DNA from: Caecitellus pseudoparvulus
Taxonomy: Eukaryota; Protista; Bigyra: Bicosoecida
NCBI GenBank assembly: GCA_965644315.1
Contig: CBFFRQ010000068.1
Location: 1,240,001-1,304,000, forward strand
Direction: 5' to 3'
Length of the DNA: 64,000 nt
In this document: positions 11,801-22,425 of the stretch, one piece after another
Layout: the number at the start of each line of letters is the position of its first letter
How positions within the stretch are numbered: position 1 is the first letter of the stretch
Made by a program: the position numbers and the translations under genes
The notes under the pieces: generated by a model
What the model was told of the DNA's origin: nothing
The model's input: the letters and a program-made list of their open reading frames with translations, nothing else
Database searches by the model: none

Positions 11801-14800
11801 GGCAAGGGCGACGTGGGCCATGGCCGGAGTGGAGGCAGCCCCCCCGGAAGGGAGGCGCAGGGGGACCCCTGGGCTAATGTCACGCTCCCTGTCTACGCTC
11901 GGGCGGCTCAGGCGCTGGGCATGGACCACCAGCACCAAGGCGTGTCCAGCATGGCGGTGCAGCTGCAGCAGCAGCACGCCATGGGCGTGTGGGCACGGGC
12001 AGTCAGCCGCATGCAAGGGGGGGCGGCGGATGGCGTGGCACAGGGAGGGTTGCCCCCCCTGGCGCCTTCATCTGAGTTCACTGGCTCGGGGCGGTCTGCA
12101 GTGCACCCGCCTCCTCGCCCCCCCAGTCCACCCTCTCGCACCCCCACTATGGCCCCGGGCATGGTGGGGGGCCTCTCCGTTTCCACGGCAGCTGCAGCGT
12201 CAGTGGGCTCCCTTGCGGGCAGCTGGGACCTGCGCACGCCTCACCCTGGTGGCTCTCCTCACATGAGCCCCGCCATGTCCCCCAGCGACGGCAGCGTGCC
12301 GTCGCTGCCAGGGCAGGAGGGCCAGGAAGCGGGGGACTTCCTGTACATGGGCCTTGCAGTGCAGTTGGCGGCCATCTCCACGGCGACGTACACCCCCCCG
12401 GCTGTGGTGTACACGGCGCTGCACCCCCCCTTCGTGCCCATCCCGCCGCTGCCCAACTGGGCGGGCACTCTGACGGCCCCTCCCTCGCCGACCCACGCCT
12501 CCACCTCCCCTGCCAGCCAAGGGCAGCTGCACAGACGGGGCAGCACGCTGGTCAGCCCGCCGGGGGTAGGCGGCGCGGCGGCTGTGCTGCGGGGCTCCAG
12601 TCCCTTCATGGGCCCCTCCGCTTCGCCTTCCGGCGCCCACGGCCGCTCACGCCTCATGCGAAGCTCTGTCTTTGGGCCAGAGGCGTTGGGGGCTGCCCAG
12701 AACACGTCCTTCCTGGGGGGCAGCATGCCCCTGGGAGGGGGTATGCGGGAGGCACACCCCGGACACCTGCCTCTGTCTCCCTCCAGGGAGCCGCACCTTG
12801 AAGAAACTGACGTGCTGGACGCAGCCATTGAGGATGCACCACCCGAGGACGTCTTCGAGCGGGTGCTGCTGAGGGGCGCAGGTTTCGCCCCCGCTGCATC
12901 GGCCGCTGCCAACACGGCCCAACGTGGACCCCCTGCAGCGGAGGGCAGCACAGGCTCCTCCCGGGTGCGCCTGGGCAGCCGCACCGGCTCAGTGGACCCA
13001 GAGCCCGTGCAATTGGCGCAAGACACCACCACCTCCTCCACGGCATCCTCGCCCACTGCCAAGCACGGCAGAAAGCGAGCACTTGGCCTGGCGTTGCGGG
13101 TGCCATCTGACATTGTGTCGCCGCCGCCTCAGCCAACGGCTGGGGGCGGCGTGCGGGACTGGAACGAAAGCGCCACGCCACTGTCCACGCCAAGAGCATC
13201 GCGGGATCCCTCGTATGGCGGCGTGGAGGGCGCTGGGCGTGGTTTCGGCCCCTCCAACAGCCACATCGCCCAGCTGCTGTCTCAGACGCATGCTGGGGGG
13301 GGTGCTGGCGGACTGCCCGTGTCACAGCCCTTGCCACGCCCAGCACCGGTGCGGGACCCCCCTGCCGTGCTGTCTGTGCGAGTGGCTATGGACCTGCAGC
13401 CACCTCGCGCGGCGCGCACGGGTGCCCGGGCAGTGGACCATGAGCTGGCCGTGGCGACGTGCCTGGCAGGGTCAGCGGCGGATGCCAGCGACATGGTGAG
13501 GCGTGAGGTGGTGTGTGCACTGGGGCGCTTCGTGTGCAGCCAGCCCCACGCGTCAGCTATGGTGGTGACGGCAGGGCTGCACTGGATGTACATCGTCGCC
13601 CACAAGTGCTCCGAGGGCGTGGCAGCCGTTCTGTCTCCCCTCCACGCACGCACGTCCCCCACGTCACAGCAGGGCAGTCGCAAGGGTTCCACTGGGGCTG
13701 CGTCATGGGGTGGTGGCGACGATGATGGGCAAGGCAGCTCACGGGACGTCTCAGGGCCCCGGGAGGGTGTGGCGCGGAGCGGGGGTCGCTTCTCTCGCGC
13801 CTCCACCGGCATGTCGGCCAGCCCTGCAGAGTCCCGCCACGGCGCCGGCGGCAGTGGCCAAGGAGGTGTGACGTGGGGCTGGTGGGACCTCTTCCACGCC
13901 ACCTTCGCATCGGCGCAGAACCGATGGAAGTCCCATGTGCCAGGGGGGGACAGAGTCGTCAAGGTTGCGGACTTGGACCAGCACTTCGCCAGCCTGCGAG
14001 ACGTGTACTGCTTGCTGGGCCCCAGGGGCATGCTGTACTACACCGTGTGGAACACATTGTTGCACTTGCAGGGGGACCCGTCCCCCTCAGTCAGCGGCGG
14101 CGCCGCAGCCCTGGTCATGCGCATCACGTGCATGGTGGACGGGGAGCTGCAGGCGGCTCACGCGAGTCTGCGGGGCATGCCCACGCCCCAGGTGCGCGCC
14201 CACCTGCAAGGCGGCTTGCGCTCGGGCGGCGGCATGGACATCCCCAGCGCGTCGCCGGGAGGTGACAGCACCCCCGGCCGTCGTCCAGGCGGCCGGCGGT
14301 CCCTGCCCGGCAGCGGCAGGGACGCCATGCAGTTTCGCAAGGGTTTCTACCGCTCAGTGGGCGTGGCGGGGGGCGGCGCGCCGGGCATGCCTGGGCAGCC
14401 CTCCTCTGATCCTGCTGCAGCCAGCGCCTGCGTGCTGTTGATGGACACTGTGCCGTGGGAGTTCGGCAGTGGGCTGCCGCCTCCGCCGCCTCTTGTCTCT
14501 GTGACGCCGGACATGGCGGCAGTGCTGACGGGGCCCATCTCCCACCTGGGCCTGCAGTCGCCCCTCTACACGTGGGCGCTGCGCCTGTTCCGCGCGGCGG
14601 CGCCCAGGATCGGGCCCGGCTCGCCAGCAACGCCGCCGCCTCCCAGCAAGGAGGTCACGCCTGTCACACACATCCCCCTGCCGCCGCTGGCCGACTTGGT
14701 GAAGTGGCCCACCGCTCGCCCTGGCACGCTGTCCCTGGCCACCCTGACGGGGCAGGGGCCGCTGGACGAGCGGCTGGCGCTGTGGCGCACCGCAGTCCTG

Positions 14801-17158
14801 CGGCAGAAGATGCGGCAAGGCACGGCTCTGGCAGCCAACGCCTTCAAGTTGCCGGCGCTGGTGCTGGAGGCGGCTGCTGTGGCGCTGCGTGCGCGGCCGC
14901 GAGCACGCAGCGCCCGCCCACGGCGGTCCACTGTCATCTCACGGCGGGGCGAGGAAGCAGCGACCGGGGCCCAGCGCCCGTCAGCTGCTCGGGCGCCCAG
15001 CCTGAGCGGGGGCCTGCCTTCTTCTCCTCGGGGCGTGCTGCCTGGGCGGCACGGCAGGGGCCCTCGCTGGCTGGGGGACACATCAGACGAGGAGGGTCCG
15101 GCAGAGGGAGGGGGGGGCAAGGTGGGTGGGGGGGGTGTGCGGCATGCGCCCGCCACCATGCACTCGCGGGACAGCAGCACCCCTCTTTTCACAGCACTGG
15201 CAGACGGCCGCACGGACTCCTTCAGCTCTACCTCCTCCCACTCAGGCACGCTGGGCGGCGGCGAGGGTGGCACACCCGCAGGCCTCCCCCGAAACTCCAG
15301 CTGGCTGCTGCGGTCCCCCAGTGGCGGGCCCATCACCAGCACGCCCCTCCTGGCCGGCCTGCCCACCACGCGCAGTCGCCCAGGCGCCCTGCAGACGACG
15401 CCCAGTCCAAGCTTGGTGGGCATGCCGCCGGCCGCCGAGCAGGCCGGCGCCCCCCCCCCCATGTACCTGGGCCCTGCCGCATCCCAGGCGCCCGTCGCCG
15501 ATGCCTTGGCACCGCGCCTGCCCCTGCCGCTGCTGGCTACGTTGAGCAAGGAGGAGGTGGCGGCGGCGGGCGCCTTCCGTGCCAAGCTGCACCAGCGCGC
15601 CATCTTGGACACGGGGCACTCTGTGACGCCCAACCTGCTGTGGCATCCCACTCTGCCGCTGCTGCTGGCGACAGACGCGGGGGATCGCGTGGAGGTGTGG
15701 CACGCCAACACAGGGCGACGCCTGCGCGCCTTTGATAACTCTCCCCCCCCTCTGGGGGGCAGCGCTGAGATGCGGCGAGTGCTCGGTACACCAGCTGCAC
15801 GGCAGCGCGTGCCCCTGGCCCACGAGGTGGCTGCACATGTCATGGCGGGTCGAGCAGGGGACGTTGGCACGCCGTCCGCCGCTGCCTCTGGCGGCGTGCG
15901 TGGGCGTTCTGCCTCTGTCGCCTCTGTCGCCTCCACGAGCAGCGGCGGAGGCGGTGGGGGCCGGCGGGATGCCCCGGGCTTGACGCCTCCCCGCCCCCGC
16001 GTCGCGCGCATCACCGACATGCTGTGGCTGAACGAGCACGCGTCGCCACTGCTGGCGACGGCGTCGGCTGATGGCCGTGTGCGAGTGTGGCGTGACGCGG
16101 TGCCGGAGGTGGCTGTGGGCACGGACGGGGGGGCTTTCCTGCCGGAGCCCTCCACGGGCATTCCCGAGTGGCACATGCCGCCCAAGGGCCTCTTCGGCGG
16201 GCATGGCGTGCCCTCCTCTGAGAGCTGGGCCGCCCAAAGCATGGTCAGTTCCTGGCATGCTGTGCCTGACGCAGGCAGGCTCAAGGGCTCGCCCCGCGGG
16301 GAGGGTGTCGTGTTGAACTGGCAGGCTTCCTCTGGGCGCTTGCTTGCAGGCGGCCGCTCCCCCAACCTCCGCGTGTGGGACCTGCAACGGGAGCAGTGTG
16401 TGGGTGTGGCCAGCGTGGGCAGCAGCCGAGGCGGCAGCGTGTTGACGGCCATGGCCTCGCCCTGGCCAGGCACAGGTGTCGTGGCCGTGGGGAAGTCTTC
16501 CGGTAGTGTGACTGTCCTGGACATGCGCATGCCTGCCGTCAGTGAGGCCAGCAACAGCCGCCTGGCCAGCAAGCTGCGCGAGCACAAGCAGTGGGTGGTG
16601 TCCCTGTGCACCCCGCGGTCGGGGTCCGGCTTCACCCTCATCTCCGGCTCCGTGTCTGGCGAGGTGAAGTTCTGGGACATGCGCTCCAGCAAGTCCGTGC
16701 GCACGCTCAAGGCACACGCAGGGCCCATGACGGCCTGTGTTGTGCACGACTGGGCGCCTCTCCTCGCGACAGGCAGCCAGACCCAGAACATCCGGCTGTG
16801 GCGGCTGGATGGCTCAGGCGTGTGGGAGGGGCCCCCGCCCGGCTCTGACAAGGTCTTCCGGCACGGCCAGAGCAGCAGCTCCCGGGAGGCCGTGTCCCCC
16901 ATCGCCAGCATCGAGTTCCACGAGGGATTCCTGGGCCAGCGTATCGGCAGCATTGCCAGCCTGGCGTTTCACCCGTATGACATGCTCTTGGCGTCGGGCG
17001 CCCTGGACGAGTTCGTCGGCGTGTATTCCTCTGCGGTAGACTCCGTCGTCAGTGGCAGCGTGGAGGGGGATGCCAGCGGTGGTGGGGAGGGTGCGGGCGC
17101 TCGCGAACAACGACCCCTGTCCCGTCGCAGGGTCGTGTCCAGCCACCTCCGGCGGTAG
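8888..17158 (+). CDS. RPTOR: Regulatory-associated protein of TOR (Raptor/KOG1), ~2756 aa, apparently intronless, with long low-complexity inserts
   Basis: RNC domain (LVLCLNIGIDPPD, ERVLMHYNGHGVP, YTQYMPLS, FDCPSAG, PADLFTACLT, LFRQD..VATLFRNFL); HEAT repeats (PEVRAAAAYGLG; DASDMVRREV); C-terminal WD40s ending HEGFLGQRIG..LAFHP. Confidence 0.95.
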   Translation: MAGVWSALKRAIGVGNEDESEAVARAAAAKLAASLALPDQFGRGDVMWSTASLGSVLNQARHAYLSTDASGALSTAFGAEVSARATWPAGESVRTAALGLVLCLNIGIDPPDNIRQGACSTLQCWVDPFSMPPQQAIETIGRALYDQYYKWCPKAKPKFKISLDPTLDNVQVLARQLRATAGQERVLMHYNGHGVPAPTAAGEVWVFNQGYTQYMPLSILDLQAWVEQPAMFVFDCPSAGVLLPAFEEEDGGVVGGRDAGQGVGDVGFGTSSSARAASRQGRTPNGTPLQAHRREWLVLAACAGGETLPSSPHMPADLFTACLTDPIRTALRLFLLENPRVLPLSALELLERLPGKVGERQSAVGQLNWVLTAVTDTIAWHVLPRVTFLRLFRQDQVVATLFRNFLFACRVMRRFGCTPQSLPAMPAGVDKHPLWGAWDVVLERLVSLLPLILGLSPEAMAQSNIGLDSVAAVASTQQLELQRAKAEAASKQDAIAAARLRQGMLVAPQGGGGGVTPSSHSTRGGTSSARRGRAPNLPVALEFFDAQLVGFSLWLQHLRACSAGGGSSGAGMALSLPRSLSVPLAQRVAAAGAALAGVMGGHSHGLAGAVPAPWRGLSLALPSWGVHGGGGVGGADGSKRLTAGQLPLLMQAMLTSSRQSVALDLLASFMALGEWAVQEVLSVGVKLYLNVFLKRPASMFRPASAFVWAHLLTSDRDSAKAVLSQDATGTFVKALRRALVLDADAEEGAAVLAVPAHHRQEQGSPGAPPTPPSVPVDHATAALHNIVCLSAIMRDGGKGQSAGLKAGLLTVLEEVFPPAVIESMTLGHGLSGTQAAVDAQVSAGLATEASLDLLDTSAPDTPSSAGRGHGGTDTPSPATTRELGVLLRMWVCILTGEAVVDHCDALGELWSTSLVDAMTACLQDVAPEVRAAAAYGLGCTLRGERVHTLTPHRSASHGSGGGEDAHAGEGDGKGDVGHGRSGGSPPGREAQGDPWANVTLPVYARAAQALGMDHQHQGVSSMAVQLQQQHAMGVWARAVSRMQGGAADGVAQGGLPPLAPSSEFTGSGRSAVHPPPRPPSPPSRTPTMAPGMVGGLSVSTAAAASVGSLAGSWDLRTPHPGGSPHMSPAMSPSDGSVPSLPGQEGQEAGDFLYMGLAVQLAAISTATYTPPAVVYTALHPPFVPIPPLPNWAGTLTAPPSPTHASTSPASQGQLHRRGSTLVSPPGVGGAAAVLRGSSPFMGPSASPSGAHGRSRLMRSSVFGPEALGAAQNTSFLGGSMPLGGGMREAHPGHLPLSPSREPHLEETDVLDAAIEDAPPEDVFERVLLRGAGFAPAASAAANTAQRGPPAAEGSTGSSRVRLGSRTGSVDPEPVQLAQDTTTSSTASSPTAKHGRKRALGLALRVPSDIVSPPPQPTAGGGVRDWNESATPLSTPRASRDPSYGGVEGAGRGFGPSNSHIAQLLSQTHAGGGAGGLPVSQPLPRPAPVRDPPAVLSVRVAMDLQPPRAARTGARAVDHELAVATCLAGSAADASDMVRREVVCALGRFVCSQPHASAMVVTAGLHWMYIVAHKCSEGVAAVLSPLHARTSPTSQQGSRKGSTGAASWGGGDDDGQGSSRDVSGPREGVARSGGRFSRASTGMSASPAESRHGAGGSGQGGVTWGWWDLFHATFASAQNRWKSHVPGGDRVVKVADLDQHFASLRDVYCLLGPRGMLYYTVWNTLLHLQGDPSPSVSGGAAALVMRITCMVDGELQAAHASLRGMPTPQVRAHLQGGLRSGGGMDIPSASPGGDSTPGRRPGGRRSLPGSGRDAMQFRKGFYRSVGVAGGGAPGMPGQPSSDPAAASACVLLMDTVPWEFGSGLPPPPPLVSVTPDMAAVLTGPISHLGLQSPLYTWALRLFRAAAPRIGPGSPATPPPPSKEVTPVTHIPLPPLADLVKWPTARPGTLSLATLTGQGPLDERLALWRTAVLRQKMRQGTALAANAFKLPALVLEAAAVALRARPRARSARPRRSTVISRRGEEAATGAQRPSAARAPSLSGGLPSSPRGVLPGRHGRGPRWLGDTSDEEGPAEGGGGKVGGGGVRHAPATMHSRDSSTPLFTALADGRTDSFSSTSSHSGTLGGGEGGTPAGLPRNSSWLLRSPSGGPITSTPLLAGLPTTRSRPGALQTTPSPSLVGMPPAAEQAGAPPPMYLGPAASQAPVADALAPRLPLPLLATLSKEEVAAAGAFRAKLHQRAILDTGHSVTPNLLWHPTLPLLLATDAGDRVEVWHANTGRRLRAFDNSPPPLGGSAEMRRVLGTPAARQRVPLAHEVAAHVMAGRAGDVGTPSAAASGGVRGRSASVASVASTSSGGGGGGRRDAPGLTPPRPRVARITDMLWLNEHASPLLATASADGRVRVWRDAVPEVAVGTDGGAFLPEPSTGIPEWHMPPKGLFGGHGVPSSESWAAQSMVSSWHAVPDAGRLKGSPRGEGVVLNWQASSGRLLAGGRSPNLRVWDLQREQCVGVASVGSSRGGSVLTAMASPWPGTGVVAVGKSSGSVTVLDMRMPAVSEASNSRLASKLREHKQWVVSLCTPRSGSGFTLISGSVSGEVKFWDMRSSKSVRTLKAHAGPMTACVVHDWAPLLATGSQTQNIRLWRLDGSGVWEGPPPGSDKVFRHGQSSSSREAVSPIASIEFHEGFLGQRIGSIASLAFHPYDMLLASGALDEFVGVYSSAVDSVVSGSVEGDASGGGEGAGAREQRPLSRRRVVSSHLRR

Positions 17159-17219
17159 CCTCCGCAATGCAGCAGCCTGCAACAGACAACGAAGGTGCAT
17201 TTCAGACGCGGGGGGAGGT

Positions 17220-18734
<1,515 letters not shown>

Positions 18735-18786
18735 CTACAACCCGTGCCGAGCGGACAGGCGGCGACGCCAGTGGGCACAGCACCCG

Positions 18787-19451
18787 TCAGCGCTCCCACG
18801 GGTCTTTCTTGGACAGCAGTGCCACCACCGAGTCTTTCCGCAAGCGAGCAGGGCGGCTCTGCGCCAGTGTGCGAGGTATGTGGCACATGCGACGGAGAGC
18901 CGTGCCGTGGCAAGGCGAGGGACGCACCTTTCTGTAGTCTGCGATCTTCTTGTCCATCTCTGCCAAGGCAGCCTGGATCTTGGCGATGCTGTGAGCAGGG
19001 GGGCGTGGGCGTGCTCGGGGCCCCGCAGGCGCAAGCCACGGCCTACCACGCACCGCTCAGGTTTGGCCTTCTCGTGGCGCCGCCCCTTAGGGGGCCTTGC
19101 GACACCTGCCATGGGCGTCGGGTCCCAAGCTGGATCCCAGCCGGTGCCTGTGGGCAGGGGAGTGGCGCATGAGGTGCGCGGGGCAGCGGAATATGACCCC
19201 CCGCGCAGCGCACCTGTTGCTGCGTCCCAGGAGCCGTATGTGCCGTTCACGAGCGCAGCTTTACGCATGGTCGCCGCCTTCCGACGGGATACACGTGGTC
19301 TGCGCCACTTAGGCCCTACTTTGGAGGGGGCCATGTCTGCTGGCATGTTCAGAGGGCTGCGTGCCACTGGCCTGGCAGCAGTGGCGAGCCACCTGGAGCT
19401 GGCAGCTCGTGCGCCGCCGGCGCTGCTCAAGCGCTGCACCACCGCTTGCAT
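18787..19451 (-). CDS. Mitochondrial ribosomal protein mL59 (Mrpl25-like), 4 exons
   Basis: Presequence MQAVVQRLSS..; KWRRPRVSRRKAATMRKAA, PKGRRHEKAKPER|IAKIQAALAEMDKKIADYRK fit the recalled mL59 pattern. Three GT-AG introns restore frame. Confidence 0.75.
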
Positions 19452-19814
19452 GGCTGAAAGGGCTGCACCCCCAATACTACAACGCCTACAATCCAGGAGG
19501 AGGGGCACGCGGATGGGAGCGAGGCAGTCAGGTAATACCTGGGCTCGGGGAATGCAGCCGTGCGCTGGCCAGGCTGGGCCAGTGGAAAGGTGGAGAGGGG
19601 GGTTCAGCACAACCACGAGCAATGCACAATACAACATCCACACGCGCCATGTCCACCCCTGCTTCTCCATGCCCCACACAGCTCGTTCCCTTGCCTGTTT
19701 CGCCCTGCCTGCGCCAAGTTCCGCACTTCGGCAAGCCAGGTCCCGTGGGAAGCGCAACAGCCTAGGCCCACACAAACAGCCCACAGGCGCAGTCTATTTT
19801 AGCATTCACGAGTC

Positions 19815-20151
19815 ATGCAAGCAGTCGCGAGTGCCGCGACTCGCGCCAGCTCGGCTGCCGTTTCCCGTGCAGGTGCGGCACGCTGGCGCTCACTGCCCTG
19901 TGAGAAACAGCAGCATTTCCCCCGCCCGCTGTCTCCTCGCAGGGTTCATGCCCAGCTTGGGAACCTCTCTCCCACAAATGGTGTGGCACATGCCCATGAT
20001 GGGGGTCGTTCCTGCCGACGGCACAGCTGTGGTGCCGTTGCAAGCGTCTCGTGTGAAGCGTGAGCCACGCAAGGCAAACCACGGTGCTCGACCCAACTGC
20101 AACCGAGGCCGGCGCCGCAAGAACAACCTCAGGCGCTCGCCGGGTTCATGA
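19815..20151 (+). CDS. Small mitochondrion-targeted basic protein (88 aa) with a bL37-like KANHGxRPN motif (exons 19815-19872, 19943-20151)
   Basis: A 70-bp GTGCGG..CGCAG intron joins MQAVASAATRASSAAVSRA-G in frame to FMPSLG..PLQASRVKREPRKANHGARPNCNRGRRRKNNLRRSPGS*. Confidence 0.7.
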
Positions 20152-20444
20152 TGTCCTGTGCAGTGGGTTGACGACGGGGCCGGTGTGCGGTGACGGCCTG
20201 CCTCTTGTTGCATGTGGCGCTCTCCACACTGTTCCACTTTCTGGGAAGCCAGGGCGCTGAAGTGCGGGTTGTAGTCATCTGACAATGCACACATGTATGC
20301 CTAGGTCCTCTTTCATGTGTGCATGCACCGCATGGTTCGCGCTGTCTCAGTGCTTACGTGGGCCTTGCCCTGCCGTCAAGCTGGCTCCATTCAGTGGGCG
20401 GTGCCCTGACTGTCAGTAGCCCCCCAGAGTGACGCCCCCCAAGC

Positions 20445-20576
20445 ATCGTTGGGGTACCTCCTGTCGACAATCAACTTTGCCTTTTACCAAGTTGATCCGA
20501 GGTGTTGTGCCCCCCTCAAAACGAGGCCTCGTTATTTGGACTCATGCTGCTCAGCGGCAGCCGCCTTCGGGCTGGC
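20445..20576 (+). ncRNA. RNU5: U5 spliceosomal snRNA
   Basis: Loop 1 TGCCTTTTACC (20478-20488) closed by perfect stem ATCAACTT/AAGTTGAT; conserved CCG internal loop (20497-20499); lower stems TACCT/AGGTG, GGGG/CCCC, TCGTT/AACGA; Sm-like ATTTGG; 3' hairpins. Ends approximate. Confidence 0.88.
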
Positions 20577-20812
20577 ACGAACTACACACAAAAAACTAAC
20601 CGAGCTAGCCTAATGAGTACACAACATCTGCGGCACTCAATATCAAAAACCCGCCCCTACCCCCGTTTGCAATTGGACACTCCCACGATTCAACTCACAA
20701 CCTTTGCGCCTGACAGAGCGTGAATCGGGCGCCGATTGACAAAGCGTGACTTGGGCGTCGAGACGCGGTGTTGTGAAGGTCAAGCTAGCCGTCCTGTGGC
20801 GTCACCCCCGCG

Positions 20813-22385
20813 ATGGCGAGTGTGACAACACAGAAGATGCGGACCATTGACTCCATCGTTGACCAGCTGGTCAGCACTGGGACGTATGCACGAGCAGTGA
20901 GCCAGGCAGCTGTGCAGGGCTGAAGGCGTGGTGCTGTGCAGCACCCGCCACTCCATTTCCACCTGCGCAGAGCTCTCAAGCGATCAAGGGCCAGTGCAAG
21001 CAGGTGGTGAACAACTTCCTCCATCTCACACCACAACAGGGGTCCTTCAGTGTGTGCGCGGAAGGGGGCAGGAGCCGCGCAGCACCTGCTGCACACTTTC
21101 CTGGACTTCTCTCGCAGCTACAAACAGCGGCACGACGCAGACACTGCTCAAGCTGCAAGGCGTCGTGCCCACTGAGTTTCAGGGCGCGACGTACCAGACC
21201 CCCATTGTGATGTGGATTCCACAGGGCTTCCCCAGCATCGCCCCCGTCGTCTACGTGACTCCCACGACAGGTGTGGCAGCCTGCCCCCGCGTTTCAACCG
21301 AAACGGCACGCACATGCCCGCCTTCTGCTCCGCCTGCAGGCATGACCATCCAGCACGGCCACAAGCACGTGGACATGTCAGGACTTGTGCACATTCCTGC
21401 GCTGCAGCAGTGGAACCCGACGGAGTCCCAGGCCGTGATCGCCATCGTGGAGTTGTGCAGCCACTTCTCCGCTCATCCACCCCTGCGTGCGCGGAGCGCG
21501 GCGCCCCAGCCGCGCTCTGAGCCGCCTTTCTCTGCTGGCAGCCTGCGGCCACCCATGTCCGGTGCCAGTCCACAGGGGGCCTCTGCCCGGGGTGGGCCGA
21601 GCACCCCCCCTCCCACTGGCGGCATCACCCGCCAGGTGTCCATGGAGAGCGAAGCAGAGAAGGCGCGGTACCGGGAGAAGGTGTCCTTGAAGATGCAGCA
21701 CGACATGCGCGGCGTGCTGGAGCAGCTCTGCCGCGACGTGGACCAGGAGTACGACCTGCAGGGCAAGGTGGCTGCCTCAGCCTCTCGCTTGCAGGAGCAC
21801 GAAGACGAACTGGAGCAGCACCACGCCGCCCTGCGCTCGTACGAGGCACAGCTGACCTCTTACGTGGACGCTCTGTCGTTGTGGGTGGCTCAGAATGAGA
21901 GTGTGGAGCTGGGCCCAGACACTGTGGGCAGTCTGGTGCAGCCGACTGACGTGCTGAGTGCACAGCTCCTTCGCACGGTGGCGGAAGCCGCGGCCATCGA
22001 GGACTCCTACGCACTGCTCAGCAAGGCTTTGGAAGCCGGCACCATCAGCGTGCAAGAGTACGTCAAGGAGGCACGCCGGCGGGGCAAGCGGCAGTATGAG
22101 CTGAAGGCGCTGGCTAAGACTATTCAGACAGAGCAGGCCAAGGCCTTCAAACCACCAGCGCCCACGCCCACCTCTGCGCCGCCGTACATGTCAGGCGGTC
22201 AGCACGGCACGCCCCCGGGCGCGCACCATGCCCCGCAGCAGCACTTGGTGTACACGACTGGTGGCATCACGCCCGCGGCAGCTGCAGGGGGCAGCCAAGA
22301 CTGGGTTGTCGTCCCGCAGGCCGCTGGGCACCATGGGCCGCAGGGCTCGTACAGGGGGTGGGGCGCTGGTCCTGGTCGGCGGTGA
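20813..22385 (+). CDS. TSG101: ESCRT-I subunit TSG101/Vps23 (4 exons)
   Basis: UEV domain (LLKLQGVVP..GATYQTPIVMWIPQGFP..APVVYVTPT, HKHVDMSGLV); Pro-rich linker; coiled coil; steadiness box (QLLRTVAEAAAIEDSY..L..G.ISVQEYVKEARR). Confidence 0.92.
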
Positions 22386-22425
22386 GCTGTCCGCCTCACG
22401 CAGGTGCAGTCGCAATGCAAGCCCT

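Noticed and set aside
14566-16953. Long antisense/alternative-frame ORFs (795 aa and 501 aa opposite Raptor; others over the RAP and dynein genes)
   Set aside because: Expected shadows of GC-rich coding sequence; low complexity with no recognisable motifs.
18880-19942. N-terminal part of the 423-aa ORF 18880..20151
   Set aside because: Mostly antisense to mL59 plus promoter and intron; only the last ~69 codons are the real exon 2 of the bL37-like gene.
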